The notes below the pieces were generated by a model that saw only the letters and a program-made list of their open reading frames with translations, was not told where the DNA came from and did not search any database. From contig NC_092679.1 in assembly GCF_964355755.1 (NCBI RefSeq), forward strand, positions 9,268,201 through 9,332,200: a DNA stretch of 64,000 nucleotides, read 5' to 3'. Of the stretch, positions 23,701-37,500 are shown piece by piece; position 1 is the first letter of the stretch, and every line of letters begins with the position of its first letter. The position numbers and the translations under genes are program-made. The stretch is from Antedon mediterranea. Its lineage: Eukaryota > Animalia > Echinodermata.

Positions 23701-26599
23701 CTCTTTGATGTTTTTATGTTAACAAGTTTTTCGAAAATCACAAAATGGTCTAAAACGTCTCCAAATGCGATTTTAAGCTATTCTAAGCACTTTGGTGTTT
23801 TTATGTTAACAAGTTTTTTTGAAATCACAAAATGGTCTAAAACGTCTCTAAATGAGATTTGAAGCTTTTCTGTACATTTTGATGTTTTTATGTTAACAAG
23901 TTTTTTCGAAAATCACAAAATGGTCTAAAATGTCTCCAAATGCGATTTGAAGCTATTCTAAGCACTTTGGTGTTTTTATGGAAACAATTTTTTTCGAAAA
24001 TCACAAAATTGTCTAAAACGTCTCCAAATGCGATTTGAAGCTATTCTGTACACTTTGATGTTTTTATGTTAACAAGTTTTTCGAAAATCACAAAATGGTC
24101 TAAAACGTCTCCAAATGCGATTTGAAGCTATTCTGTAAACTTTGATGTTTTTATGTTAACAAGTTTTTCGAAAATCACAAAATGGTCTAAAACGTCTCTA
24201 AATGCGATTTGAAGCTTTTCTGTACACTTTGATGTTTTTATGTTAACAACTTTTTTCGAAAATCACAAAATGGTCTAAAATGTCTCCAAATGCGATTTGA
24301 AGCTATTCTAAGCACTTTGATGTTTTTATGTTACCAAGTTTTTTCGAAAATCACAAAATGGTCTAAAACGTCTCCAATAGCGATTTTAAGCTATTCTGTA
24401 CACTTTGATGTTTTTATGTTAACAAGTTTTTCGAAAATCACAAAATGGTCTAAAACGTCTCCAAATGCGATTTTAAGCTATTCTAAGCACTTTGGTGTTT
24501 TTATGTTAACAAGTTTTTTTGAAAATCACAAAATGGTCTAAAACGTCTCTAAATGCGATTTGAAGCTTTTCTGTACACTTTGATGTTTTTATGTTAACAA
24601 CTTTTTTCGAAAATCACAAAATGGTCTAAAATGTCTCCAAATGCGATTTGAAGCTATTCTAAGCACTTTGGTGTTTTTATGGAAACAATTTTTTTCGAAA
24701 ATCACAAAATGGTCTAAAACGTCTCCAATAGCGATTTGAAGCTTTTCTGTACACTTTGGTGTTTTTATGTTAACAAGTTTTTTCGAAAATCACAAAATGG
24801 TCTAAAACGTCTCCAAATGCGATTTGAAGCTAATCTGTACACTTTGATGTTTTTATGTTAACAAGTTTTTTCGAAAATCACAAAATGGTCTAAAACGTTT
24901 CCAAATGCGATTTGAAGCTTTTCTTTACACTTTGGTGTTTTTATGTTAACAAGTTTTTTCGAAAATCACAAAATGGTCTAAAACGTCTCCAAATGCGATT
25001 TGAAGCTATTCTGTACACTTTGATGTTTTTATGTTAACAAGTTTTTTCGAAGATCACAAAATGGTCTAAAACGTCTACAAATGCAATTTGAAGCTATTCT
25101 AAGCACTTTTGTGTTTTTATGTTAACAAGTTTTTTCGAAAATCACAAAATGGTCTAAAACGTCTGCAAATGCGATTTTAAACTATTCTTAGCACATGGGT
25201 GTTTTTATTTAAACAAATTTTTTCGAAACTCACAAAATGGTCTAAAACGTCTCCAAATGCGATTTGAAGCTATTTTAAGCACTTTGGTGTTTTTGTGTTA
25301 ACAAGTTTTTCGAAATGCTCAAAATGGTCTAAAACGTTTTTAAACACGATATTAAGCTATTTTGTGCTCTTTGGTGTTTTTTTGTGAAAAGTTTTAGCAA
25401 AATGCTCAAAATGGTCTAAAACGATTTCTAATGTGATTTTAAGCACTTTGATGTTTTTATGTTAACTAGTTTTTTCGAAAATCACAAAATGGTCTAAAAC
25501 GTCTCCAAATGCGATTTGAAGCTATTTTAAGCACTTAAGTGCTTTTGTGTAACCAAGTTATTTTGAAAATCACAAAAGGGTCTAAAATGTCTCCAAATGT
25601 GATTTGAAGCTATTTTAAGCACTTTGGTGTTTTTGTGTTAACAAGTTTTTCGGAAATCACCAAATTGTCTAAAACGTCTCCAAATGCGATTTGAAGCTAT
25701 TCTGTACACTTTGATGTTTTTATGTTAACAAGTTTTTTAGAAAATCACAAAATGGTCTAAAACATCTCCAAATGCGATTTAAAGCTATTTTAAGCACTTT
25801 GGTGTTTTTATGTTAACAAGTTTTTTCGAAAATCACAAAATGGTCTAAAACGTCTCCAAATGCGATTTGAAGCTATTTTAAGCACTTTGGTGTTTTTGTG
25901 TTAACAAGTTTTTCGAAATGCTCAAAATGGTCTAAAACGTTTCCAAATGCGATTTGAAGCTATTCTGTACACTTTGATGTTTTGTGTGAAAATTTTCTGT
26001 CGAAATGCTCAAAATGGTCAAAAACGTTTTTAAATACGATATTAAGCTACTTTGTGCTCTTTGATGTTTTTGTGTGAAATGTTTTATCGAAATGCTCAAA
26101 ATGGTCTAAAACGGTTTCTAATGTGATTTCAAGCACTTTGATGTTTTTGTGTAACCAAGTTTTTCGAAAATCACAAAATTGTCTAAAACGTCTCTAAATG
26201 CGATTTGAAGCTATTCTGTACTCTTTGATGTTTTTATGTTAACAAGTTTTTCGAAAATCACAAAATGGTCTAAAACGTCTCCAAATGCGATTTTAAGCTA
26301 TTCTAAGCACTTTGGTGTTTTTATGTTAACAAGTTTTTTTGAAATCACAAAATGGTCTAAAACGTCTCTAAATGAGATTTGAAGCTTTTCTGTACATTTT
26401 GATGTTTTTATGTTAACAAGTTTTTTCGAAAATCACAAAATGGTCTAAAATGTCTCCAAATGCGATTTGAAGCTATTCTAAGCACTTTGGTGTTTTTATG
26501 GAAACAATTTTTTTCGAAAATCACAAAATGGTCTAAAACGTCTCCAAATGTGATTTGAAGCTATTCTGTACACTTTGATGTTTTTATGTTAGCAAGTTT

Positions 26600-29500
26600 T
26601 TTCGAAAATCACAAAATGGTCTAAAACGTCTACAAATGCGATTTAAAGCTAATCTGTACACTTTGATGTTTTTATGTTAACAAGTTTTTTCGAAAATCAC
26701 AAAAGGGTCTAAAATGTCTGTAAATGCTATTTGAAGCTATTTAAAGCACTTTGGTGTTTTTAGGTTAACAAGTTTTTTCGAAAATCACAAAAGGGTCTAA
26801 AATGTCTGTAAATGCGATTTGAAGCTATTTAAAGCACTTTGGTGTTTTTAGGTTAACAAGTTTTTTCGAAAATCACAAAATGGTCTAAAACGTCTACAAA
26901 TGCGATTTGAAGCTATTCTAAGCACTTTTGTGTTTTTATGTTAACAAGTTTTTTCGAAAATCACAAAATGGTCTAAAATGTCTCCAAATGCGATTTGAAG
27001 CTATTCTAAGCACTTTGGTGTTTTTATGGAAACAATTTTTTTCGAAAATCACAAAATGGTCTAAAACGTCTCCAAATGTGATTTGAAGCTATTCTGTACA
27101 CTTTGATGTTTTTATGTTAGCAAGTTTTTTCGAAAATCACAAAATGGTCTAAAACGTCTACAAATGCGATTTGAAGCTAATCTGTACACTTTGATGTTTT
27201 TATGTTAACAAGTTTTTTCGAAAATCACAAAAGGGTCTAAAATGTCTGTAAATGCGATTTGAAGCTATTTAAAGCACTTTGGTGTTTTTAGATTAACAAG
27301 TTTTTTCGAAAATCACAAAATGGTCTAAAACGTCTACAAATGCGATTTGAAGCTATTCTAAGCACTTTTGTGTTTTTATGTTAACAAGTTTTTTCGAAAA
27401 TCACAAAATGGTCTAAAACGTCTCCAAATGCGATTTGAAGCTATTTTAAGCACTTTGGTGTTTTTGTGTTAACAAGTTTTTCGAAAATCACAAAATGGTC
27501 TAAAACGTTTCCAAATGCGATTTGAAGCTATTCTGTACACTTTGATGTTTTGTGTGAAAATTTTCTTTCGAAATGCTCAAAATGGTCAAAAACGTTTTTA
27601 AATACGATATTAAGCTACTTTGTGCTCTTTGATGTTTTTGTGTGAAATGTTTTATCGAAATGCTCAAAATGGTCTAAAACGGTTTCTAATGTGATTTCAA
27701 GCACTTTGATGTTTTTGTGTAACCAAGTTTTTCGAAAATCACAAAATTGTCTAAAACGTCTCCAAATGCGATTTGAAGCTATTCTGTACACTTTGATGTT
27801 TTTATGTTAACAAGTTTTTCGAAAATCACAAAATGGTCTAAAACGTCTCCAAATGCGATTTGAAGCTATTCTGTACACTTTGATGTTTTTATGTTAACAA
27901 GTTTTTCGAAAATCACAAAATGGTCTAAAACGTCTCTAAATGCGATTTGAAGCTTTTCTGTACACTTTAATGTTTTTATGTTAACTTTTTTCGAAAATCA
28001 CAAAATGGTCTAAATTTTCTCCAAATGCGATTTGAAGCTATTCTAAGCACTTTGATGTTTTTATGTTAACAAGTTTTTTCGAAAATCACAAAATGGTCTA
28101 AAACGTCTCCAATAGCGATTTTAAGCTATTCTGTACACTTTGATGTTTTTATGTTAACAAGTTTTTCGAAAATCACAAAATGGTCTAAAACGTCTCCAAA
28201 TGCGATTTTAAGCTATTCTAAGCACTTTGGTGTTTTTATGTTAACAAGTTTTTTTGAAAATCACAAAATGGTCTAAAACGTCTCTAAATGCGATTTGAAG
28301 CTTTTCTGTACACTTTGATGTTTTTATGTTAACAACTTTTTTCGAAAATCACAAAATGGTCTAAAATGTCTCCAAATGCGATTTGAAGCTATTCTAAGCA
28401 CTTTGGTGTTTTTATGGAAACAATTTTTTTCGAAAATCACAAAATGGTCTAAAACGTCTCCAATAGCGATTTGAAGCTTTTCTGTACACTTTGGTGTTTT
28501 TATGTTAACAAGTTTTTTCGAAAATCACAAAATGGTCTAAAACGTCTCCAAATGCGATTTGAAGCTAATCTGTACACTTTGATGTTTTTATGTTAATAAG
28601 TTTTTTCGAAAATCACAAAATGGTCTAAAACGTTTCAAAATGCGATTTGAAGCTTTTCTTTACACTTTGGTGTTTTTATGTTAACAAGTTTTTTCGAAAA
28701 TCACAAAATGGTCTAAAACGTCTCCAAATGCGATTTGAAGCTATTCTGTACACTTTGATGTTTTTATGTTAACAAGTTTTTTCGAAGATCACAAAATGGT
28801 CTAAAACGTCTACAAATGCAATTTGAAGCTATTCTAAACACTTTTGTGTTTTTATGTTAACAAGTTTTTTTCGAAAATCACAAAATGGTCTAAAACGTCT
28901 GCAAATGCGATTTTAAACTATTCTTAGCACATTGGTGTTTTTATTTAAACAAATTTTTTCGAAACTCACAAAATGGTCTAAAACGTCTCCAAATGCGATT
29001 TGAAGCTATTTTAAGCACTTTGGTGTTTTTGTGTTAACAAGTTTTTCGAAATGCTCAAAATGGTCTAAAACGTTTTTAAACACGATATTAAGCTATTTTG
29101 TGCTCTTTGATGTTTTTTTGTGAAAAGTTTTAGCAAAATGCTCAAAATGGTCTAAAACGATTTCTAATGTGATTTTAAGCACTTTGATGTTTTTATGTTA
29201 ACTAGTTTTTTCGAAAATCACCAAATGGTCTAAAACGTCTCCAAATGCGATTTGAAGCTATTTTAAGCACTTAGGTGCTTTTGTGTAACCAAGTTTTTTT
29301 GAAAATCACAAAAGGGTCTAAAATGTCTCCAAATGTGATTTGAAGCTATTTTAAGCACTTTGGTGTTTTTGTGTTAACAAGTTTTTCGGAAATCACAAAA
29401 TTGTCTAAAACGTCTCCAAATGCGATTTGAAGCTATTCTGTACACTTTGATGTTTTTATGTTAACAAGTTTTTTAGAAAATCACAAAATGGTCTAAAACA

Positions 29501-31520
29501 TCTCCAAATGCGATTTAAAGCTATTTTAAGCACTTTGGTGTTTTTATGTTAACAAGTTTTTTCGAAAATCACAAAATGGTCTAAAACGTCTCCAATTGCG
29601 ATTTGAAGCTATTTTAAGCACTTTGGTGTTTTTGTGTTAACAAGTTTTTCGAAATGCTCAAAATGGTCTAAAACGTTTCCAAATGCGATTTGAAGCTATT
29701 CGGTACACTTTGATGTTTTGTGTGAAAATTTTCTGTCGAAATGCTCAAAATGGTCAAAAACGTTTTTAAATACGATATTAAGCTACTTTGTGCTCTTTGA
29801 TGTTTTTGTGTGAAATGTTTTATCGAAATGCTCAAAATGGTCTAAAACGGTTTCTAATGTGATTTCAAGCACTTTGATGTTTTTGTGTAACCAAGTTTTT
29901 CGAAAATCACAAAATTGTCTAAAACGTCTCCAAATGCGATTTGAAGCTATTCTGTACTCTTTGATTTTTTTATTTTAACAAGTTTTTCGAAAATCACAAA
30001 ATGGTCTAAAACGTCTCCAAATGCGATTTTAAGCTATTCTAAGCACTTTGGTGTTTTTATGTTAACAAGTTTTTTTGAAAATCACAAAATGGTCTAAAAC
30101 GTCTCTAAATGAGATTTGAAGCTTTTCTGTACACTTTGATGTTTTTATGTTAACAAGTTTTTTCGAAAATCACAAAATGGTCTAAAATGTCTCCAAATGC
30201 GATTTGAAGCTATTCTAAGCACTTTGGTGTTTTTATGGAAACAATTTTTTTCGAAAATCACAAAATGGTCTAAAACGTCTCCAAATGTGATTTGAAGCTA
30301 TTCTGTACACTTTGATGTTTTTATGTTAACAAGTTTTTTCGAAAATCACAAAATGGTCTAAAACGTCTACAAATGCGATTTGAAGCTATACTGTACACTT
30401 TGATGCTTTTATGTTAACAAGTTTTTTCGAAAATCACAAAATGGTCTAAAACGTTTCCAAATGCGATTTGAAGCTATTCTGTACACTTTGATGTTTTGTG
30501 TGAAAATTTTCTGTCGAAATGCTCAAAATGGTCAAAAACGTTTTTAAATACGATATTAAGCTACTTTGTGCTCTTTGATGTTTTTGTGTGAAATGTTTTA
30601 TCGAAATGCTCAAAATGGTCTAAAACGGTTTCTAATGTGATTTCAAGCACTTTGATGTTTTTGTGTAACCAAGTTTTTCGAAAATCACAAAATGGTCTAA
30701 AACGTCTCCAAATGCGATTTGAAGCTATTCTGTACACTTTGATGTTTTTATGTTAACAAGTTTTTCGAAAATCACAAAATGGTCTAAAACGTCTCCAAAT
30801 GCGATTTGAAGCTATTCTGTACACTTTGATGTTTTTATGTTAACAAGTTTTTCGAAAATCACAAAATGGTCTAAAACGTCTCTAAATGCGATTTGAAGCT
30901 TTTCTGTACACTTTGATGTTTTTATGTTAACAACTTTTTTCGAAAATCACAAAATGGTCTAAAATGTCTCCAAATGCGATTTGAAGCTATTCTAAGCACT
31001 TTGGTGTTTTTATGTTAACAAGTTTTTTCGAAAATCACAAAATGGTCTAAAACGTCTCCAAATGCGATTTGAAGCTATTCTGTACACTTTGATGTTTTTA
31101 TGTTAACAAGTTTTTTCGAAAATCACAAAATGGTCTAAAACGTCTACAAATGCGATTTGAAGCTATTCTGTACACTTTGATGTTTTTATGTTAACAAGTT
31201 TTTTCGAAAATCACAAAATGGTCTAAAACGTTTCCAAATGCGATTTGAAGCTATTCTGTACACTTTGATGTTTTGTGTGAAAATTTTCTTTCGAAATGCT
31301 CAAAATGGTCAAAAACGTTTTTAAATACGATATTAAGCTACTTTGTGCTCTTTGATGTTTTTGTGTGAAATGTTTTATCGAAATGCTCAAAATGGTCTAA
31401 AACGGTTTCTAATGTGATTTCAAGCACTTTGATGTTTTTGTGTAACCAAGTTTTTCGAAAATCACAAAATTGTCTAAAACGTCTCCAAATGCGATTTGAA
31501 GCTATTCTGTACACTTTGAT
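26600..31520. repeat. Block duplication of ~17600-22500 (offset ~9.0 kb)
   Basis: Shared rare variants: TTAATG...GTTAACTTTTT...CTAAATTTTCTCC at 18961/27967 (offset 9,006) and CTCTTTGATTTTTTTATTTT at 20941/29957 (offset 9,016). Boundaries approximate. Confidence 0.8.
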
Positions 31521-34500
31521 GTTTTTATGTTAACAAGTTTTTCGAAAATCACAAAATGGTCTAAAACGTCTCCAAATGCGATTTTAAGCTATTCTAAGCA
31601 CTTTGGTGTTTTTATGTTAACAAGTTTTTTTGAAAATCACAAAATGGTCTAAAACGTCTCTAAATGCGATTTGGAGCTATTCTGTACACTTTGATGTTTT
31701 TATGTTAACAAGTTTTTTCGAAAATCACAAAATGGTCTAAAACGTCTACAAATGCGATTTGAAGCTATTCTAAGCACTTTGGTGTTTTTATGGAAACAAT
31801 TTTTTTCGAAAATCACAAAATGGTCTAAAACGTTTCCAAATGCGATTTGAAGCTATTCTGTACACTTTGATGTTTTGTGTGAAAATTTTCTGTCGAAATG
31901 CTCAAAATGGTCAAAAACGTTTTTAAATACGATATTAAGCTACTTTGTGCTCTTTGATGTTTTTGTGTGAAATGTTTTATCGAAATGCTCAAAATGGTCT
32001 AAAACGGTTTCTAATGTGATTTCAAGCACTTTGATGTTTTTGTGTAACCAAGTTTTTTGAAAATCACAAAATTGTCTAAAACGTCTCCAAATGCGATTTG
32101 AAGCTATTCTGTACACTTTGATGTTTTTATGTTAACAAGTTTTTCGAAAATCACAAAATGGTCTAAAACGTGTCTCCAAATGCGATTTTAAGCTATTCTA
32201 AGCACTTTGGTGTTTTTATGTTAACAAGTTTTTTTGAAAATCACAAAATGGTCTAAAACGTCTCTAAATGCGATTTGAAGCTTTTCTGTACACTTTGATG
32301 TTTTTATGTTAACAACTTTTTTCGAAAATCACAAAATGGTCTAAAATGTCTCCAAATGCGATTTGAAGCTATTCTAAGCACTTTGGTGTTTTTATGTTAA
32401 CAAGTTTTTTCGAAAATCACAAAATGGTCTAAAACGTCTCCAAATGCGATTTGAAGCTATTCTGTACACTTTGATGTTTTTATGTTAACAAGTTTTTTCG
32501 AAAATCACAAAATGGTCTAAAACGTCTACAAATGCGATTTGAAGCTATTCTGTACACTTTGATGTTTTTATGTTAACAAGTTTTTTCGAAAATCACAAAA
32601 TGGTCTAAAACGTTTCCAAATGCGATTTGAAGCTATTCTGTACACTTTGATGTTTTGTGTGAAAATTTTCTTTCGAAATGCTCAAAATGGTCAAAAACGT
32701 TTTTAAATACGATATTAAGCTACTTTGTGCTCTTTGATGTTTTTGTGTGAAATGTTTTATCGAAATGCTCAAAATGGTCTAAAACGGTTTCTAATGTGAT
32801 TTCAAGCACTTTGATGTTTTTGTGTAACCAAGTTTTTCGAAAATCACAAAATTGTCTAAAACGTCTCCAAATGCGATTTGAAGCTATTCTGTACACTTTG
32901 ATGTTTTTATGTTAACAAGTTTTTCGAAAATCACAAAATGGTCTAAAACGTCTCCAAATGCGATTTGAAGCTATTCTGTACACTTTGATGTTTTTATGTT
33001 AACAAGTTTTTCGAAAATCACAAAATGGTCTAAAACGTCTCTAAATGCGATTTGAAGCTTTTCTGTACACTTTGATGTTTTTATGTTAACAACTTTTTTC
33101 GAAAATCAATAAATGGTCTAAAATGTCTCCAAATGCGATTTGAAGCTATTCTAAGCACTTTGATGTTTTTATGTTACCAAGTTTTTTCGAAAATCACAAA
33201 ATGGTCTAAAATGTCTCCAATAGCGATTTTAAGCTATTCTGTACACTTTGATGTTTTTATGTTAACAAGTTTTTCGAAAATCACAAAATGGTCTAAAACG
33301 TCTCCAAATGCGATTTTAAGTTATTCTAAGCACTTTGGTGTTTTTATGTTAACAAGTTTTTTTGAAAATCACAAAATGGTCTAAAACGTCTCTAAATGCG
33401 ATTTGAAGCTTTTCTGTACACTTTGATGTTTTTATGTTAACAACTTTTTTCGAAAATCACAAAATGGTCTAAAATGTCTCCAAATGCGATTTGAAGCTAT
33501 TCTAAGCACTTTGGTGTTTTTATGGAAACAATTTTTTTCGAAAATCACAAAATGGTCTAAAACGTCTCCAATAGCGATTTGAAGCTTTTCTGTACACTTT
33601 GGTGTTTTTATGTTAACAAGTTTTTTCGAAAATCACAAAATGGTCTAAAACGTCTCCAAATGCGATTTGAAGCTAATCTGTACACTTTGATGTTTTTATG
33701 TTAACAAGTTTTTTCGAAAATCACAAAATGGTCTAAAACGTTTCCAAATGCGATTTGAAGCTTTTCTTTACACTTTGGTGTTTTTATGTTAACAAGTTTT
33801 TTCGAAAATCACAAAATGGTCTAAAACGTCTCCAAATGCGATTTGAAGCTATTCTGTACACTTTGATGTTTTTATGTTAACAAGTTTTTTCGAAGATCAC
33901 AAAATGGTCTAAAACGTCTACAAATGCAATTTGAAGCTATTCTAAGCACTTTTGTGTTTTTATGTTAACAAGTTTTTTCGAAAATCACAAAATGGTCTAA
34001 AACGTCTGCAAATGCGATTTTAAACTATTCTTAGTACATTGGTGTTTTTATTTAAACAAATTTTTTCGAAACTCACAAAATGGTCTAAAACGTCTCCAAA
34101 TGCGATTTGAAGCTATTTTAAGCACTTTGATGTTTTTGTGTAACCAAGTTTTTCGAAAATCACAAAATTGTCTAAAACGTCTCCAAATGCGATTTGAAGC
34201 TATTTTGTGCTCTTTGGTGTTTTTTTGTGAAAAGTTTTAGCAAAATGCTCAAAATGGTCTAAAACGATTTCTAATGTGATTTTAAGCACTTTGATGTTTT
34301 TATGTTAACTAGTTTTTTCGAAAATCACAAAATGGTCTAAAACGTCTCCAAATGCGATTTGAAGCTATTTTAAGCACTTAGGTGCTTTTGTGTAACCAAG
34401 TTTTTTAGAAAATCACAAAAGGGTCTAAAATGTCTCCAAATGTGATTTGAAGCTATTTTAAGCACTTTGGTGTTTTTGTGTTAACAAGTTTTTCGGAAAT

Positions 34501-37500
34501 CACAAAATTGTCTAAAACGTCTCCAAATGCGATTTGAAGCTATTTTGTACACTTTGATGTTTTTATGTTAACAAGTTTTTTAGAAAATCACAAAATGGTC
34601 TAAAACATCTCCAAATGCGATTTAAAGCTATTTTAAGCACTTTGGTGTTTTTATGTTAACAAGTTTTTTCGAAAATCACAAAATGGTCTAAAACGTCTCC
34701 AAATGCGATTTGAAGCTATTTTAAGCACTTGGGTGTTTTTGTGTTAACAAGTTTTTCGAAATGCTCAAAATGGTCTAAAACGTTTCCAAATGCGATTTGA
34801 AGCTATTCTGTACACTTTGATGTTTTGTGTGAAAATTTTCTGTCGAAATGCTCAAAATGGTCAAAAACGTTTTTAAATACGATATTAAGCTACTTTGTGC
34901 TCTTTGATGTTTTTGTGTGAAATGTTTTATCGAAATGCTCAAAATGGTCTAAAACGGTTTCTAATGTGATTTCAAGCACTTTGATGTTTTTGTGTAACCA
35001 AGTTTTTCGAAAATCACAAAATTGTCTAAAACGTCTCCAAATGCGATTTGAAGCTATTCTGTACTCTTTGATGTTTTTATGTTAACAAGTTTTTCGAAAA
35101 TCACAAAATGGTCTAAAACGTCTCCAAATGCGATTTTAAGCTATTCTAAGCACTTTGGTGTTTTTATGTTAACAAGTTTTTTTGAAATCACAAAATGGTC
35201 TAAAACGTCTCTAAATGAGATTTGAAGCTTTTCTGTACATTTTGATGTTTTTATGTTAACAAGTTTTTTCGAAAATCACAAAATGGTCTAAAATGTCTCC
35301 AAATGCGATTTGAAGCTATTCTAAGCACTTTGGTGTTTTTATGGAAACAATTTTTTTCGAAAATCACAAAATGGTCTAAAACGTCTCCAAATGTGATTTG
35401 AAGCTATTCTGTACACTTTGATGTTTTTATGTTAGCAAGTTTTTTCGAAAATCACAAAATGGTCTAAAACGTCTACAAATGCGATTTGAAGCTAATCTGT
35501 ACACTTTGATGTTTTTATGTTAACAAGTTTTTTCGAAAATCACAAAAGGGTCTAAAATGTCTGTAAATGCGATTTGAAGCTATTTAAAGCACTTTGGTGT
35601 TTTTATGTTAACAAGTTTTTTCGAAAATCACAAAATGGTCTAAAATGTCTCCAAATGCGATTTGAAGCTATTCTAAGCACTTTGGTGTTTTTATGGAAAC
35701 AATTTTTTTCGAAAATCACAAAATGGTCTAAAACGTCTCCAAATGTGATTTGAAGCTATTCTGTACACTTTGATGTTTTTATGTTAGCAAGTTTTTTCGA
35801 AAATCACAAAATGGTCTAAAACGTCTACAAATGCGATTTGAAGCTAATCTGTACACTTTGATGTTTTTATGTTAACAAGTTTTTTCGAAAATCACAAAAG
35901 GGTCTAAAATGTCTGTAAATGCGATTTGAAGCTATTTAAAGCACTTTGGTGTTTTTAGATTAACAAGTTTTTTCGAAAATCACAAAATGGTCTAAAACGT
36001 CTACAAATGCGATTTGAAGCTATTCTAAGCACTTTTGTGTTTTTATGTTAACAAGTTTTTTCGAAAATCACAAAATGGTCTAAAACGTCTCCAAATGCGA
36101 TTTGAAGCTATTTTAAGCACTTTGGTGTTTTTATGTTACCAAGTTTTTTCGAAAATCACAAAATGGTCTAAAATGTCTCTAATAGCGATTTTAAGCTATT
36201 CTGTACACTTTGATGTTTTTATGTTAACAAGTTTTTCGAAAATCACAAAATGGTCTAAAACGTCTCCAAATGCGATTTTAAGCTATTCTAAGCACTTTGG
36301 TGTTTTTATGTTAACAAGTTTTTTTGAAAATCACAAAATGGTCTAAAACGTCTCTAAATGCGATTTGAAGCTTTTCTGTACACTTTGATGTTTTTATGTT
36401 AACAACTTTTTTCGAAAATCACAAAATGGTCTAAAATGTCTCCAAATGCGATTTGAAGCTATTCTAAGCACTTTGGTGTTTTTATGGAAACAATTTTTTT
36501 CGAAAATCACAAAATGGTCTAAAACGTCTCCAATAGCGATTTGAAGCTTTTCTGTACACTTTGGTGTTTTTATGTTAACAAGTTTTTTCGAAAATCACAA
36601 AATGGTCTAAAACGTCTCCAAATGCGATTTGAAGCTAATCTGTACACTTTGATGTTTTTATGTTAACAAGTTTTTTCGAAAATCACAAAATGGTCTAAAA
36701 CGTTTCCAAATGCGATTTGAAGCTTTTCTTTACACTTTGGTGTTTTTATGTTAACAAGTTTTTTCGAAAATCACAAAATGGTCTAAAACGTCTACAAATG
36801 CAATTTGAAGCTATTCTAAGCACTTTTGTGTTTTTATGTTAACAAGTTTTTTCGAAAATCACAAAATGGTCTAAAACGTCTACAAATGCGATTTGAAGCT
36901 ATTCTAAGCACTTTTGTGTTTTTATGTTAACAAGTTTTTTCGAAAATCACAAAATGGTCTAAAACGTCTGCAAATGCGATTTTAAACTATTCTTAGCACA
37001 TTGGTGTTTTTATTTAAACAAATTTTTTCGAAACTCACAAAATGGTCTAAAACGTCTCCAAATGCGATTTGAAGCTATTTTAAGCACTTTGGTGTTTTTG
37101 TGTTAACAAGTTTTTCGAAATGCTCAAAATGGTCTAAAACGTTTTTAAACACGATATTAAGCTATTTTGTGCTCTTTGGTGTTTTTTTGTGAAAAGTTTT
37201 AGCAAAATGCTCAAAATGGTCTAAAACGATTTCTAATGTGATTTTAAGCACTTTGATGTTTTTATGTTAACTAGTTTTTTCGAAAATCACAAAATGGTCT
37301 AAAACGTCTCCAAATGCGATTTGAAGCTATTTTAAGCACTTAGGTGCTTTTGTGTAACCAAGTTTTTTAGAAAATCACAAAAGGGTCTAAAATGTCTCCA
37401 AATGTGATTTGAAGCTATTTTAAGCACTTTGGTGTTTTTGTGTTAACAAGTTTTTCGGAAATCACAAAATTGTCTAAAACGTCTCCAAATGCGATTTGAA